A stretch of DNA of 56,085 bases from an uncultured Thermoproteaceae archaeon (GTDB lineage: Archaea; Thermoproteota; Thermoprotei; Thermoproteales; Thermocladiaceae), in NCBI GenBank assembly GCA_964575955.1, contig CAZNTG010000010.1, forward strand, positions 1 to 56,085. Direction: 5' to 3'. Below the pieces are notes generated by a model. It worked only from the letters and a program-made list of their open reading frames with translations, searched no databases and was not told the DNA's origin. Within the stretch, counting starts at the first letter, position 1, and every line of letters begins with the position of its first letter. The translations under genes and the position numbers were made by a program. Below, in pieces: positions 1-9,946 of the stretch.

Positions 1-662
1 GGTCTTACACATAGTAGTCCATGATGTAGATATTCATATGCTCCTAATGGTAGTGTCATCAATACTCTATCAGCTTTATAGTAGAATAGTGGTGCAATAT
101 TATCAACATCTCCTTCAATAGGCACAATCTTACCTTTCAACCTATTTATCCTAATATTCTCAATCATGTAATTTATAGCTATTGGATTAATTTCAACACA
201 GTGTATAATTTTGACATTTGGATTAAATTTACATATAGCTATTGCGTAAGGTCCAACACCTGCAAATAGGTATAGTATTGATTCTCCATCTCTAACCTGT
301 TTTGCAACATCTAACCTATCTGTGTGATCTCTAGGTGAGAAATATACTTTCAATGGGTCAACCTTTATGTAGTATCCAAGCTCTTTATGAAGTACTTCTG
401 TAGGTCCTGGAATTAGTATTTCATAATCGTATAGTCTATATATTCCCCTTCTTGCACCAATCTTCCTCAATACCGTCTTAACATGCTTATTTACCTGTAC
501 TATAGCTTTAGCAATCTCATACTTATACTCTTCAAGTTCTTCAGGAATTTCAACTATTGCAACAGCACCACTTCTAGAACCTATAATATCAAAACTTGTA
601 GGTATGTAATTCCAAAGTTCTTTAGGTATCTTCTCTTTCAATATCTCCTTTATCTTTACCAT
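1..662 (-). CDS. tRNA methyltransferase, Trm5/Taw2 (Met-10+) family; runs off the left edge
   Basis: Not in the ORF track. Manual translation from ATG at 662: MVKIKEILKEKIPKELWNYIPTSFDIIGSRSGAVAIVEIP...KVYFSPRD...LYLFAGVGPYAI...VEINP...DRVLMTLP. These are the typical Trm5/Taw2 SAM motifs. Confidence 0.85.
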   Translation of the reverse strand, partial: MVKIKEILKEKIPKELWNYIPTSFDIIGSRSGAVAIVEIPEELEEYKYEIAKAIVQVNKHVKTVLRKIGARRGIYRLYDYEILIPGPTEVLHKELGYYIKVDPLKVYFSPRDHTDRLDVAKQVRDGESILYLFAGVGPYAIAICKFNPNVKIIHCVEINPIAINYMIENIRINRLKGKIVPIEGDVDNIAPLFYYKADRVLMTLPLGAYEYLHHGLLCVR

Positions 663-1440
663 CTTTTGAATTTTCAGAGAAGTATCTCAATATTCCTATC
701 TTAAAATCTTGACTATTTTGAATTTGAGAATTTGAAACTTCTCTAACAACTTCATCAATCTTTACCTGTCTTTCAACTGTTATACTTCTAGATTCTCTAA
801 ATGGTGTTGTTAATACTTTCCTAACTATGTATATAGTATTTTCAGGAACTCCAACTTTAGACCATAGTTTAACATTATTTAAAGCATTTAACGGTGTTTC
901 AAATTCTTCTAAAATCTTCTCAGCACGTTTATATCCAATTCCGGGAAGTGAAGATAGTAGTTGTATTTGTAATTCTCTAACTGTTAAATTCTTCTTAGCT
1001 TGTTGAGTCTTTAAACCACGCTTTTCCTGTTCTTGCTCCATCTTAGCTATCTCATATATGTAGTATGCTGTTGTCTTCTTATCTTTACTAAATAGTGTAG
1101 ATATGTTGAATTTTGATATTAATGATGTTAATGCTCCAAGTATGCAGTTTATATTGATGTTTAGATACTTAGTAACATTCCAAATATTTCCCTCAATTAT
1201 TATTATCGGTTTTTCATAATTCTCTTTCAACTTCTTAGCTTGTTCAAAAAGTCTACCATCAATTATGGATTTTGCAAAATCTCTAGAAGTTTTTCTCTCA
1301 ATAACTGTCCTGTCAGATACTACATAATCACCAATTTCAAGCATCTTCTCAACTACAGTAGCTCCTAACCTTCTCAATTCTTTAATAACTTCCTGAGCTT
1401 TTCTATATTCTCTAGAGTCTACATAAACTACTGGACACAC
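622..1440 (-). CDS. xpf: Crenarchaeal short-form XPF (ERCC4) structure-specific endonuclease with HhH domain
   Basis: VDSRE, GDY, ERKTxxDFxxSIIDGRLFEQ nuclease motifs and LPGIG HhH motif. Confidence 0.93.
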   Translation of the reverse strand: MCPVVYVDSREYRKAQEVIKELRRLGATVVEKMLEIGDYVVSDRTVIERKTSRDFAKSIIDGRLFEQAKKLKENYEKPIIIIEGNIWNVTKYLNININCILGALTSLISKFNISTLFSKDKKTTAYYIYEIAKMEQEQEKRGLKTQQAKKNLTVRELQIQLLSSLPGIGYKRAEKILEEFETPLNALNNVKLWSKVGVPENTIYIVRKVLTTPFRESRSITVERQVKIDEVVREVSNSQIQNSQDFKIGILRYFSENSKDGKDKGDIEREDT

Positions 1441-1538
1441 TACAAATTATATATTCTTCAAAAAGTTATAAACCAGTGATGATCTTTAACATGATGATAA
1501 TAGTTATATATTTTAAAGACTTGTTTTGAAGTTAGCAA

Positions 1539-2399
1539 ATGTTGACATATGTAGACTCTGTCAAGATAGTTATACTGTCAGATAACTATGTAGTATCTCC
1601 AAATAGACTACTAGGTGAGTGGGGTTTAAGTATATATCTTGAAGTTGATGTAGGTGGTAGAAAATTTAGAATACTATACGATACAGGTCAGACAGGTATT
1701 CCAGTTCTAAATAATGCAGAGATTTTAGGTATAGATCTTTCAAAAATATCATACATAGTTATAAGTCATGGACATTATGACCATACTGGAGGCTTATTGA
1801 AAGTTCTTGAGAAAGTTGGAAAAGATGTACATGTTATTGCACATCCTGAAATATTTTCTAAAAAGTATGTTATTAGAGGAAACTTGAGATATATAGGAAT
1901 TCCATATTCTAGAAAAGAGATTGAAGATATGTGTATACTTACACTAACTAGAGATCTCGTACAGATATGTCCTGGAGTGTATTTTACAGGTGAAGTATTG
2001 AGATATGGATATCCTGAATATACACCAGACATGTATGTACTACGTGATGATGGTAGACTTATTAGAGATTCCATGACTGATGATGCTGCACTTCTAGTAA
2101 ATTTGAAAGATAGAGGATTAATAATTTTAACAGGATGTGGACATGCAGGTATCTTAAACATAATTGAATATTCAACATCTGTTACAGGTATTAGAAAGGT
2201 GTATGGTATTGTTGGTGGACTTCATCAAGAGAGAGAAAGTGATGGTAAGATAGTTGAACTATGTAGATTGCTGGATAAGAGAGATGTTAAGATGATACTA
2301 CCACTACACTGTACAGGTATTAGAGCTTTAAACATATTTAGAAGAGAGCTTGGAGATAGAGTACTTATTGGAGGAGTAGGGACCGTAGTTGAGGTATAG
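1539..2399 (+). CDS. Metallo-beta-lactamase fold hydrolase (COG1237-like)
   Basis: GEWGLS, DTG, SHGHYDHTGG, TGCGHAG, GGLH, HCTG motifs. Confidence 0.88.
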   Translation: MLTYVDSVKIVILSDNYVVSPNRLLGEWGLSIYLEVDVGGRKFRILYDTGQTGIPVLNNAEILGIDLSKISYIVISHGHYDHTGGLLKVLEKVGKDVHVIAHPEIFSKKYVIRGNLRYIGIPYSRKEIEDMCILTLTRDLVQICPGVYFTGEVLRYGYPEYTPDMYVLRDDGRLIRDSMTDDAALLVNLKDRGLIILTGCGHAGILNIIEYSTSVTGIRKVYGIVGGLHQERESDGKIVELCRLLDKRDVKMILPLHCTGIRALNIFRRELGDRVLIGGVGTVVEV

Positions 2400-2433
2400 T
2401 CAACATATAGAGTTAGCATAAGTCTAGAACATT

Positions 2434-3933
2434 ATGATTAGTAGAAACGTAGTTGCAGGACTTTGTAGAACTCTCTTAACATTCACGTCAATAATGCTCA
2501 TGACATGTGTAGTTTCTGCTATTACATGTGTATATTCTCACAAATTCTCTCAACTACCTATAATAGGTGAGACAGCAGCAATACTACTACCAATAGTTGC
2601 AATGTTGTACGTATTGTCTAGAGTTTTAGGTGAGTACTCTATAACTGGGTATGTAGATGCTGTATATGTTGTTGTACTTACATGGATAATATCTGCAATT
2701 ATAGCAACAACGCCATTCCTACTTTCAGGTATACCATTCATAAATGCATTATTTGAATGTGTTAGTGGTCTTACAGGTACAGGACTTACAGTTATGAAAA
2801 ATATTTCAAAACTTCCAATACTTCTAAAACTTTGGAGAGCTGTCTTACAGTGGGTTGGTGAAATTGGTATTGTAGTATTCTTCATAGTTTTTCTTGCAAA
2901 ACCTGGATCACCAATAACATATCTATACCTTGCTGAAGGTAGAGAACGTATTGAGATTACTGTATGGAGAACTACTAAGGTAATGGTTAGAATATACCTT
3001 CTATACACTGCAATATGTACATTACTATACTTCATATCTGGAATAGACATATTCAACTCTATATGCATGGCCATGACAACTATAGCTACTGGAGGATTTA
3101 CAAACTTCAATGTACCACTTCTAAAGATTATTTCTCATATAAGATTTCCAATACTCTTCTACATATCTTGTATATTAATGATGATTCTTGGTGCAATAAA
3201 TTTTAGAGATCATGCAAGACTATTTACAGGTAGGTTTAGAGAAGCTCTATCTACAGAGTTGAAAGCTTTTCTAGTAGTTGCAGGTGTGATATCTATCTTG
3301 ACAGTTCTATCATACATATATACAGACAAGACACCTATACTACAATCTATATATCTTGGAATTTTTCATGCAATATCAGCATTAACAACAACAGGATTTC
3401 AATTAACAAGTTTGAAAAATGTTTCAAATATAACAAAATTAATACTCATAATCGCCATGGTTATTGGTGGATGTACATGCTCAACAGCTGGTGGTATTAA
3501 GATTTTTAGACTTGTTGCATTGTTTAAAATTATTGGTTGGAATATTAGTGAGATAGTTAAACCTCCTGGAACTTTAATTAGAAGAACTATAGGTGGTTTA
3601 AAACTTGATGATAAGGATATTAATAGAATTCTAAGCTTTGTACTACTATACATATTTATACTATTTGTAAGTGCTCTAATAGTTACATCATGTGGCTACT
3701 CATTTATTAATGCACTCTTTGAATGTGCATCAGCACTTGGATGTGTTGGTCTTAGTGTAGGTATTACAAGTTGGTCTACACCTACAGTATGTAAGATTGT
3801 CCTTATTATAGACATGTTGTCTGGTAGACTTGAAATTATTCCATGGTTAACCATAATATCTATGGCAATATCTAGACTTAGATTAGAGAGAAAGAAACTT
3901 AAGACTACTCTAGCAGAGAAACTTGCAGAGTAG
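2434..3933 (+). CDS. trkH: Trk potassium uptake membrane subunit
   Basis: Multi-TM protein with four pore-loop motifs (SGLTGTG, ATGGF, TTTGF, GCVGLS) and STAGGIK. Confidence 0.93.
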   Translation: MISRNVVAGLCRTLLTFTSIMLMTCVVSAITCVYSHKFSQLPIIGETAAILLPIVAMLYVLSRVLGEYSITGYVDAVYVVVLTWIISAIIATTPFLLSGIPFINALFECVSGLTGTGLTVMKNISKLPILLKLWRAVLQWVGEIGIVVFFIVFLAKPGSPITYLYLAEGRERIEITVWRTTKVMVRIYLLYTAICTLLYFISGIDIFNSICMAMTTIATGGFTNFNVPLLKIISHIRFPILFYISCILMMILGAINFRDHARLFTGRFREALSTELKAFLVVAGVISILTVLSYIYTDKTPILQSIYLGIFHAISALTTTGFQLTSLKNVSNITKLILIIAMVIGGCTCSTAGGIKIFRLVALFKIIGWNISEIVKPPGTLIRRTIGGLKLDDKDINRILSFVLLYIFILFVSALIVTSCGYSFINALFECASALGCVGLSVGITSWSTPTVCKIVLIIDMLSGRLEIIPWLTIISMAISRLRLERKKLKTTLAEKLAE

Positions 3934-3942
3934 GGCGGTCAG

Positions 3943-4629
3943 ATGAAGATACTCATCTTCGGTGCAAATAGAATAACGAGTGAGTTAGCTAAAAAACTAT
4001 CACAGAAAGGTCATGAAGTAATTGTCGTTGGTAAAGATAAGACAATGTGTGACAAAATATTGACAGAGACTGATGTTGAAGTTATGGTTGGAGATTACAC
4101 AGATTTAGAATTTCTTGAACAGAACGTTGATATAAAAGCATCAGACGTAATTGTCATAGCTACAGAGACAGATGAGACAAATATACTTCTATCAGTGTTA
4201 AGTAAGTGTCTTGGTGCTAGAAGAATATTAACAATGTTGTCAGATAGTAAAGTTGCTAAAGCACTTAGAAGTATGGGTATTGAAGTGTTAGAATTCTCAA
4301 ACACGTTAGCATCATTACTAGAAAGTCTTGTTGAAGGTAAGAAGGATATGGTAGATATTGTAGAATCAACAGGAACAGAGTATAAGTTGATATCTTACGT
4401 AGTATCTGAAAATGATAAGTGTATTGGTAAGAAGGTTAATGAACTTGAACTACCAAAAGGTGCTAAGATCGTTGCACTATTCGAAAAAGGTGAACTTAAG
4501 ACAGATCTAAATGGTGCAATACTAAAGCCAGGAACTGTACTAATAATATTAGCACGTAAAGACTTAGCAAAGCATTTGAAAGACTATTTAAAGAATGGTG
4601 TAAAGATAGAGGAAGTTAAAGAAGAATAG
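3943..4629 (+). CDS. trkA: TrkA RCK regulatory subunit
   Basis: N-terminal Rossmann RCK_N plus RCK_C domain, directly after trkH. Confidence 0.88.
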   Translation: MKILIFGANRITSELAKKLSQKGHEVIVVGKDKTMCDKILTETDVEVMVGDYTDLEFLEQNVDIKASDVIVIATETDETNILLSVLSKCLGARRILTMLSDSKVAKALRSMGIEVLEFSNTLASLLESLVEGKKDMVDIVESTGTEYKLISYVVSENDKCIGKKVNELELPKGAKIVALFEKGELKTDLNGAILKPGTVLIILARKDLAKHLKDYLKNGVKIEEVKEE

Positions 4630-4682
4630 TCAGATAGGCCTGCGTTCCATCACTTTTAATCAGATTAGAAAGCGATCATCAC
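4630..4682 (-). ncRNA. Box C/D guide sRNA
   Basis: Minus strand: GTGATGA (C) tcgctttctaat CTGA (D') ttaaaa GTGATGG (C') aacgcaggcctat CTGA (D); intergenic. Confidence 0.8.
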
Positions 4683-4694
4683 TATATTGCCCCT

Positions 4695-4991
4695 TTAAGC
4701 CATCTCTTCCTCATATCTATCAAGTCTAAAGGACTTATACTTACCTGTAGGCTCACCCCACTCAACAGTCATCTCAACTTTAGCACCCTTCAAAACTGCT
4801 GGAATATCCTGTTCAAGAAACTGCTTAAGTGCAGGTTCAGGACCTTCAGCAACAATCTCAATAGCACTCTTATCAGGAGTTTCAGCACAAAAACCTTTCA
4901 AACCTCTCTTAACAGCATGAACACGTACCTGAGGCTTAAAACCTGCTGGTGTCTGACCCTTTATGAGTACTCTCAACCTCTTAGTACTCAT
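4695..4991 (-). CDS. Acylphosphatase-fold protein with atypical active site
   Basis: About 98 aa from ATG 4991 (MSTKRLRVLIKG...GLKGF...IEIVAEG...F). Size and pattern fit AcyP, but VQGVGFR is replaced by QTPAGFK. Confidence 0.7.
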   Translation of the reverse strand: MSTKRLRVLIKGQTPAGFKPQVRVHAVKRGLKGFCAETPDKSAIEIVAEGPEPALKQFLEQDIPAVLKGAKVEMTVEWGEPTGKYKSFRLDRYEEEMA

Positions 4992-5061
4992 ACTAAACAT
5001 AGAAACTAAATACAAAAACTTTAAACCTTTATCAATAATGAAACAAATACACAAAAATTAA

Positions 5062-5111
5062 ATGATGAACCTGGCCTTCTATGACAGATGATTAGATTGG
5101 CTACAAGCTGA
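5062..5111 (+). ncRNA. Box C/D guide sRNA
   Basis: ATGATGA (C) acctggccttct ATGA (D') cag ATGATTA (C') gattggctacaag CTGA (D). Confidence 0.7.
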
Positions 5112-5366
5112 AACATATCTAACGCAACCTTCAAGACATGACAATAATTCGGACCTATACATTCTCACCATCAGTGCTGCGATATCACGATTTGAAAGCT
5201 TTCTAAGACCATAACGATAAATGAAGTATAGGGTCTCAACAAATACAGGCCACGTAGAGATGACTTGACATTTCAGAGATAGTATTATTCTCTCAAGCCG
5301 ATTAGCCATGTCAACGTCTAGATCGCTCATCTCAAATCCTAGACGTCTAGACAATAATAGTGTCAA
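5079..5366 (-). pseudogene. Possible PIN/VapC-like fragment
   Basis: VISTWPVFVETLYF resembles the PIN second strand/helix. No clear N-terminal D-T-x motif; C-terminus runs into the sRNA. Confidence 0.3.
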
Positions 5367-5377
5367 AGGTTTTGTAT

Positions 5378-5662
5378 CTAAGATGATGTATTCAAGCTTG
5401 TTTCTGTAACATTTTCCATTTTCAGAATGCGACTCTCTTCAGGACCGTAGATTATGCGTTTCTTTCTGAAGGTAAGTCCACGCTCTGTGAGATCTGGTAA
5501 CCATACTATAAGAACTATTTTACCGTCATCAGTCTCTGAAATTTCTGAAACTATCATAAACTCGGCAAGAGTCTCCATCATGAAGCCAGCACTTGCAAGC
5601 TGTTCTCTAACTTTCCTTAGAAGATTATCTAGACTCAACGTAGAGCTCAATGTAGCTCTCAA
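5378..5662 (-). CDS. Hypothetical protein in tRNA-Gly-adjacent variable region
   Basis: 94-aa ORF with protein-like composition, co-oriented with its neighbour. Confidence 0.5.
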   Translation of the reverse strand: MRATLSSTLSLDNLLRKVREQLASAGFMMETLAEFMIVSEISETDDGKIVLIVWLPDLTERGLTFRKKRIIYGPEESRILKMENVTETSLNTSS

Positions 5663-6012
5663 CTATAATCCCATAAGTCAGCTTATTTTTCTAACTACAT
5701 ACTCACCTTAAAGCAAGTTCTACAAATGTCGTAATTAGCTACATGTAGAATATACAACCATATAGGTTAGATCGGTAACATATCGAAACAATACCGCAAG
5801 AATTCCTGTCAATGACATAGATCAGTTACTGAGATTAGACACGCCTATGTGTAGCATATGTGAGAAATATGAGATATTATGAGTGTAGTACTCACATTTG
5901 ACAGAAGCAGTCATAGATGTGACGGTATTAGATAGAGATAACATCCTGAAATTGTAGACATGATGGAAGCACCATATATGCTACCGAGCACTTAGTTAGA
6001 TTAATCATATTT

Positions 6013-6050
6013 CCTGATATGCATGCAAGAATAATGACATTGGAATGGTA
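6013..6050. repeat. 38-bp motif downstream of tRNA-Gly (copy 1)
   Basis: cctgatatgcatgcaagaataatgacattggaatggta; 34/38 identical to 21963-22000. Confidence 0.85.
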
Positions 6051-6099
6051 TGGAGAATAGAATGGTGTTAGAATTATCTTTTTGGTGAACAGAGAATTT

Positions 6100-6178
6100 T
6101 GGTGCGGCCGCCGGGATTTGAACCCGGGTTCAGCGGCTCGGGAGGCCGCCATCCTAGACCAGGCTAGACTACGGCCGC
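6100..6178 (-). tRNA. tRNA-Gly(CCC), intronless, CCA encoded
   Basis: gcggccg acceptor stem, gcggc-ctCCCga-gccgc anticodon arm, GGTTCAAATCC T-loop, ends ACCA. Confidence 0.96.
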
Positions 6179-6280
6179 TGTATGGGTGTACATGTACATT
6201 CTGTGTCTTGGATTACTCATTCTACTATTCTAATACTCTCTTAATGACTGTACTTTATTTACATTTTCCAACTTCAACAT

Positions 6281-7078
6281 ATGCTTAGACCTAAGATTGT
6301 TGTAGTTACATTTGTATCAGGATCTAAAGGTGGTGTTGGTAAGTCTACTCTAGTTGCTAATCTTGCAATGCTTTTTGATGTTGATGTTGCTATTGTAGAT
6401 CTTGGAATTGATGGTAATATGAGTAGTTCTATAATGCATGGAGTATCTAATGATGATGTAGGATTTCTAGACTATGTACTTCTAGGCTGTGAGTATAGAG
6501 TACTACGTTCAAAATTTTCAGGTAGAGTCTATATTATACCTCCAGGAAAGATTAGAGGATTTAGAGCAACAATCTTATCAATATCTAATAGAGATGTTAT
6601 AGGTGGTAGAGTTGAAAGGTTTATAAGAGAACTTCAAGATCAAGGAATAGAAGTAGTATTGATAGATACACCAGCAAATGTAGAATTACTAAACATACTA
6701 TACATAGCACTACTATACCATAGTGATATAATAAACATTGTTGTAGAACCATCACCACTATGTATAGAGACAGTACAATCATGGTGGGACTCATTTTCAA
6801 AGATAATATGTAGAAAAAGTCAGATAGTTAATATGATAGTTAATAAGTATTTAAAACATTATGATGAAATTACATCATATCTATCAAAATTCACAATTAA
6901 CGGTGTTATACATAAAATTCCATTTGATGCATATACATTAGCAATATCTAATAAATGTGAACTAGCTGTAAGGTATAGAGAATCTGACAAATTTACAAAA
7001 TCATTAAAAACACTATACAAAATATTGACAGCACAAATATCACATTGTTTAGGAATACCTAGAGGAGGTGTTAGATGA
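6281..7078 (+). CDS. ParA/MinD family ATPase
   Basis: Deviant Walker A KGGVGKST, VDL, and LIDTP Walker B. Confidence 0.85.
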   Translation: MLRPKIVVVTFVSGSKGGVGKSTLVANLAMLFDVDVAIVDLGIDGNMSSSIMHGVSNDDVGFLDYVLLGCEYRVLRSKFSGRVYIIPPGKIRGFRATILSISNRDVIGGRVERFIRELQDQGIEVVLIDTPANVELLNILYIALLYHSDIINIVVEPSPLCIETVQSWWDSFSKIICRKSQIVNMIVNKYLKHYDEITSYLSKFTINGVIHKIPFDAYTLAISNKCELAVRYRESDKFTKSLKTLYKILTAQISHCLGIPRGGVR

Positions 7079-7374
7079 TGAGTTATAGAGAAAGATCATT
7101 AGAAGAGATAATTAGGGAATTAAATTTAAATAGAGAAAATATAGATAGTGAAAACGTTGAAACTCCTCAAGAAATTGAAAGTGTCGAGAAAGAATCTACG
7201 ATTAAGAGAATTGCAAAAGCATTAAGACTTCTAGATGGAATTGTAGATGTAAATAAGCTTGCAGATATAGTCATAAAGTATATAAAGATAGAAGAGCTAA
7301 TTAGAGAAGTTGAAAGAGTTGATCCAGACATAGCATTTCTACTCAAGATAGTATTAGAGAAAAATAATGTGTGA
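7075..7374 (+). CDS. Small hypothetical protein coupled to the ParA gene
   Basis: Overlaps the parA stop; acidic flexible N-terminus and helical C-terminus. Confidence 0.7.
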   Translation: MMSYRERSLEEIIRELNLNRENIDSENVETPQEIESVEKESTIKRIAKALRLLDGIVDVNKLADIVIKYIKIEELIREVERVDPDIAFLLKIVLEKNNV

Positions 7375-7380
7375 TATAGT

Positions 7381-7755
7381 ATGAAGAATTTAGATAAAAT
7401 AGATAGAGAGCTAGAAAATGCTAGTGAGAAAGTAATTTCAGGAAAATTAACAGAGAGAAATAAGATAACAATAATAGGATTATCAAAAAACTATAAAATA
7501 TTAAGAAAAATAGCAAGATACTTATCAAAGTATTGTGAAAATTCTAAAGAATGTGAAAAATATATATATGCAACATTACTTAAGTACAGGACTGCAGATG
7601 TTATAAATCTACTTGAAGATCTAATATCTAATAAAAAACATATAATATATGAACTAAAGAAGATAATATCAGAGGAAGATCTGAAGAAAATTGACGATAC
7701 TAATTTAAATATAGTTAAGCTAGTGTATAGAATATTGAGAAGATTTAAGAGATGA
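7381..7755 (+). CDS. Small basic helical hypothetical protein
   Basis: 124 aa, operonic spacing, overlaps next start (ATGA). Confidence 0.7.
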   Translation: MKNLDKIDRELENASEKVISGKLTERNKITIIGLSKNYKILRKIARYLSKYCENSKECEKYIYATLLKYRTADVINLLEDLISNKKHIIYELKKIISEEDLKKIDDTNLNIVKLVYRILRRFKR

Positions 7756-9842
7756 ATAACGTTAAATTAATATTTGCAATATCTATAATAACTATATTAC
7801 TAGTCTCGATACTTGTATGTAGAGCTTTAATATTCCTTATAATACCAATATCAGTACTATTTCGAGAGAATTTCATAGATCTTATATGCATTATTGAGAA
7901 ACTTCCTCTAACGTATGTATGCGACGTTAAGGGAGGTTTAGCGTATTCGAGATGTGGTAGCATTATTGCAGTATATAGAGTCGAGCCTTTGATAAATTTA
8001 GAGAGATTGAAATCGAAGACTTATGTAAGTGTATGTAGAGATTTTATTAGAAGAATATTAGTTAGTGATAATGTTGCTATAGGTTTCTTAGTAAGTAATT
8101 CAGATAAGTATCTCATAGTTAACATCTATAGAGGTCAGGAGAGAGAAGTTGAAAATGTGTTATCAAATATTGAAAATGTACTTTCTGAATATTTTACATA
8201 TGTCAAATTATGTGATGATAATCTTAGAGAATTTTTGAGATATAGAAGAGTTTTTCCAAAGAAATTTACAATATTTTCAATATCTACAACACTAGTACTT
8301 ACAATACTTCTAGGCTATTATACTCTTATAATCTTTACAATATTTATAATATTAATATCATACGTCTACACTAGACTAGTTGTATATGATATCTTTAGAG
8401 ATTTAATATATTACTCTTATAGTTGTAGAACATTATTTGTGAGTAGAGATTTTGATAATTTAAAGTCTGATGCATTACAGATATCTAGGTTTAGAGGTAA
8501 GTATTTGATAATTTTTAGAAGATTTAGAGATTTGGAATTGATTGCTAGAGATAGACTTCATAGATATCAGGAATCTCTTATCGTTAGAGAGAAGGGTAGA
8601 TATTACTTTGAAGTTTTAGCATGGAGAAATGTAATTAATAGATTAAGTAGTGGTGAAGAACCACTACTAGTTTCATTACATGTTGAAGATTTTAGATATT
8701 TTTCAACATACTTCAATTTTAGTATAGGAAATCTTCTAGATATATTCAACTTAGATAAATTGAAGACTTATGCCTTAAGTGATGATGTCTCAATATTTAT
8801 ACCATTTACAGCAGCTTCAGGTATAGTTAGTAGAGACAATGAAACTAATACACATAGAAGAATATATTTAGGATTTGATAGAAGTGGTAAGGATGTTATT
8901 ATAGATCTAGATTCATTACCAAACAATCATATGCTTATAGTAGGTCCAACAGGTATGGGAAAATCTTGGACTGCTAAATCATTAATATTAGAATTTGTTA
9001 AGAATGGCATATCTGTAATTATTATAGATCCTCATGGAGAATATTATGAATATTTGAAGAATAGTGGTATTGATGATATTTTAGAGATTAAGTTTCCACA
9101 TAGATTTATTAATGTATTTGATAGAGGTAGGTTAGATATTTATGATAAGATCTATAGAATATGTATTGCTTTTAAAGAGGTTGTTAATGTAGATGTCTCA
9201 TATAACTTAGTGAAGATGTTAGAGATATTGTATAGATACAGCATTGATAGAGATGTGTTAAAATTCTTACAAGTCTTAGAGAGATACTGTGATGATATAA
9301 ACTTGAAAATTTTTATATGCAAGTTGTATAGATATTTTACTAATTGTGAATTTCTAGATCTTAGAAACGTATTGAGGAGTTTTAGAGTTGTTATTTTTAA
9401 TTTTAGAGATATTTTACATGATCCTGATGTGTTGATATTCTTAATGATCTTACTTGTAGATAAGTTGTATATTTCATTAATGTCTTCTAGACCTATTTCA
9501 GGTATTAGAAATGTTGTTGTTATTGATGAAGCTTACTACATTATGAATAGTAGAGTTATCGAGTTATGTATAAAGGGTTTTAGAAAGTTTGGTACTGGAT
9601 TTTTATTAATATCTCAAACTATATCTGATGTTAAGTATGATGTTTTACAAAATGTTGGTACTGTAATATTGTTAGGTGGTCCTGATCCGTATGTTGAGTC
9701 TATAGCTAGTGTATATTTGCTTAATGATGATGATTTGACATGGCTTTCAACTTCTCTACACCCAGGTGAGTATAGGAGAACTATTAAGGCATTGCTAATA
9801 ATGGGGCCGTTAAAGAGGCATGTTTATGTGAAGTTGAGATAG
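7752..9842 (+). CDS. Membrane-anchored VirB4/HerA-like ATPase (DUF87; CedB/TedB-like)
   Basis: Two hydrophobic segments in the N-terminal half; HMLIVGPTGMGKS, IDPHGEY, VVIDEAY, GFRKFG..LISQ motifs. Confidence 0.82.
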   Translation: MNNVKLIFAISIITILLVSILVCRALIFLIIPISVLFRENFIDLICIIEKLPLTYVCDVKGGLAYSRCGSIIAVYRVEPLINLERLKSKTYVSVCRDFIRRILVSDNVAIGFLVSNSDKYLIVNIYRGQEREVENVLSNIENVLSEYFTYVKLCDDNLREFLRYRRVFPKKFTIFSISTTLVLTILLGYYTLIIFTIFIILISYVYTRLVVYDIFRDLIYYSYSCRTLFVSRDFDNLKSDALQISRFRGKYLIIFRRFRDLELIARDRLHRYQESLIVREKGRYYFEVLAWRNVINRLSSGEEPLLVSLHVEDFRYFSTYFNFSIGNLLDIFNLDKLKTYALSDDVSIFIPFTAASGIVSRDNETNTHRRIYLGFDRSGKDVIIDLDSLPNNHMLIVGPTGMGKSWTAKSLILEFVKNGISVIIIDPHGEYYEYLKNSGIDDILEIKFPHRFINVFDRGRLDIYDKIYRICIAFKEVVNVDVSYNLVKMLEILYRYSIDRDVLKFLQVLERYCDDINLKIFICKLYRYFTNCEFLDLRNVLRSFRVVIFNFRDILHDPDVLIFLMILLVDKLYISLMSSRPISGIRNVVVIDEAYYIMNSRVIELCIKGFRKFGTGFLLISQTISDVKYDVLQNVGTVILLGGPDPYVESIASVYLLNDDDLTWLSTSLHPGEYRRTIKALLIMGPLKRHVYVKLR

Positions 9843-9843
9843 G

Positions 9844-9894
9844 TCAGTATCCGCCAAGGATTTATCATCTATCAATGCAGCCATCGCTCATCAT
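9844..9894 (-). ncRNA. Box C/D guide sRNA (probably 23S GTPase-centre target)
   Basis: Minus strand: ATGATGA gcgatggctgca TTGA tag ATGATAA atccttggcggata CTGA. The first guide is complementary to conserved 23S GCAGCCAUC. Confidence 0.8.
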
Positions 9895-9946
9895 CCCAAC
9901 TTCGTGTAGGATTAGTGATTTATTTCCCTTACTATCTTTCTATAAC

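Noticed and set aside
1476-1500. Two TGATGA motifs between xpf and the MBL gene
   Set aside because: No suitably spaced CTGA boxes or GC-rich guides; more likely promoter sequence
5928-6288. ORFs overlapping tRNA-Gly (likewise 21793-22083 and 21881-22075 at tRNA-Ala)
   Set aside because: They overlap tRNA genes. Their shared IIxACISGN peptide only reflects the 38-bp DNA motif, and no SSV-type split-integrase motifs were recognisable.
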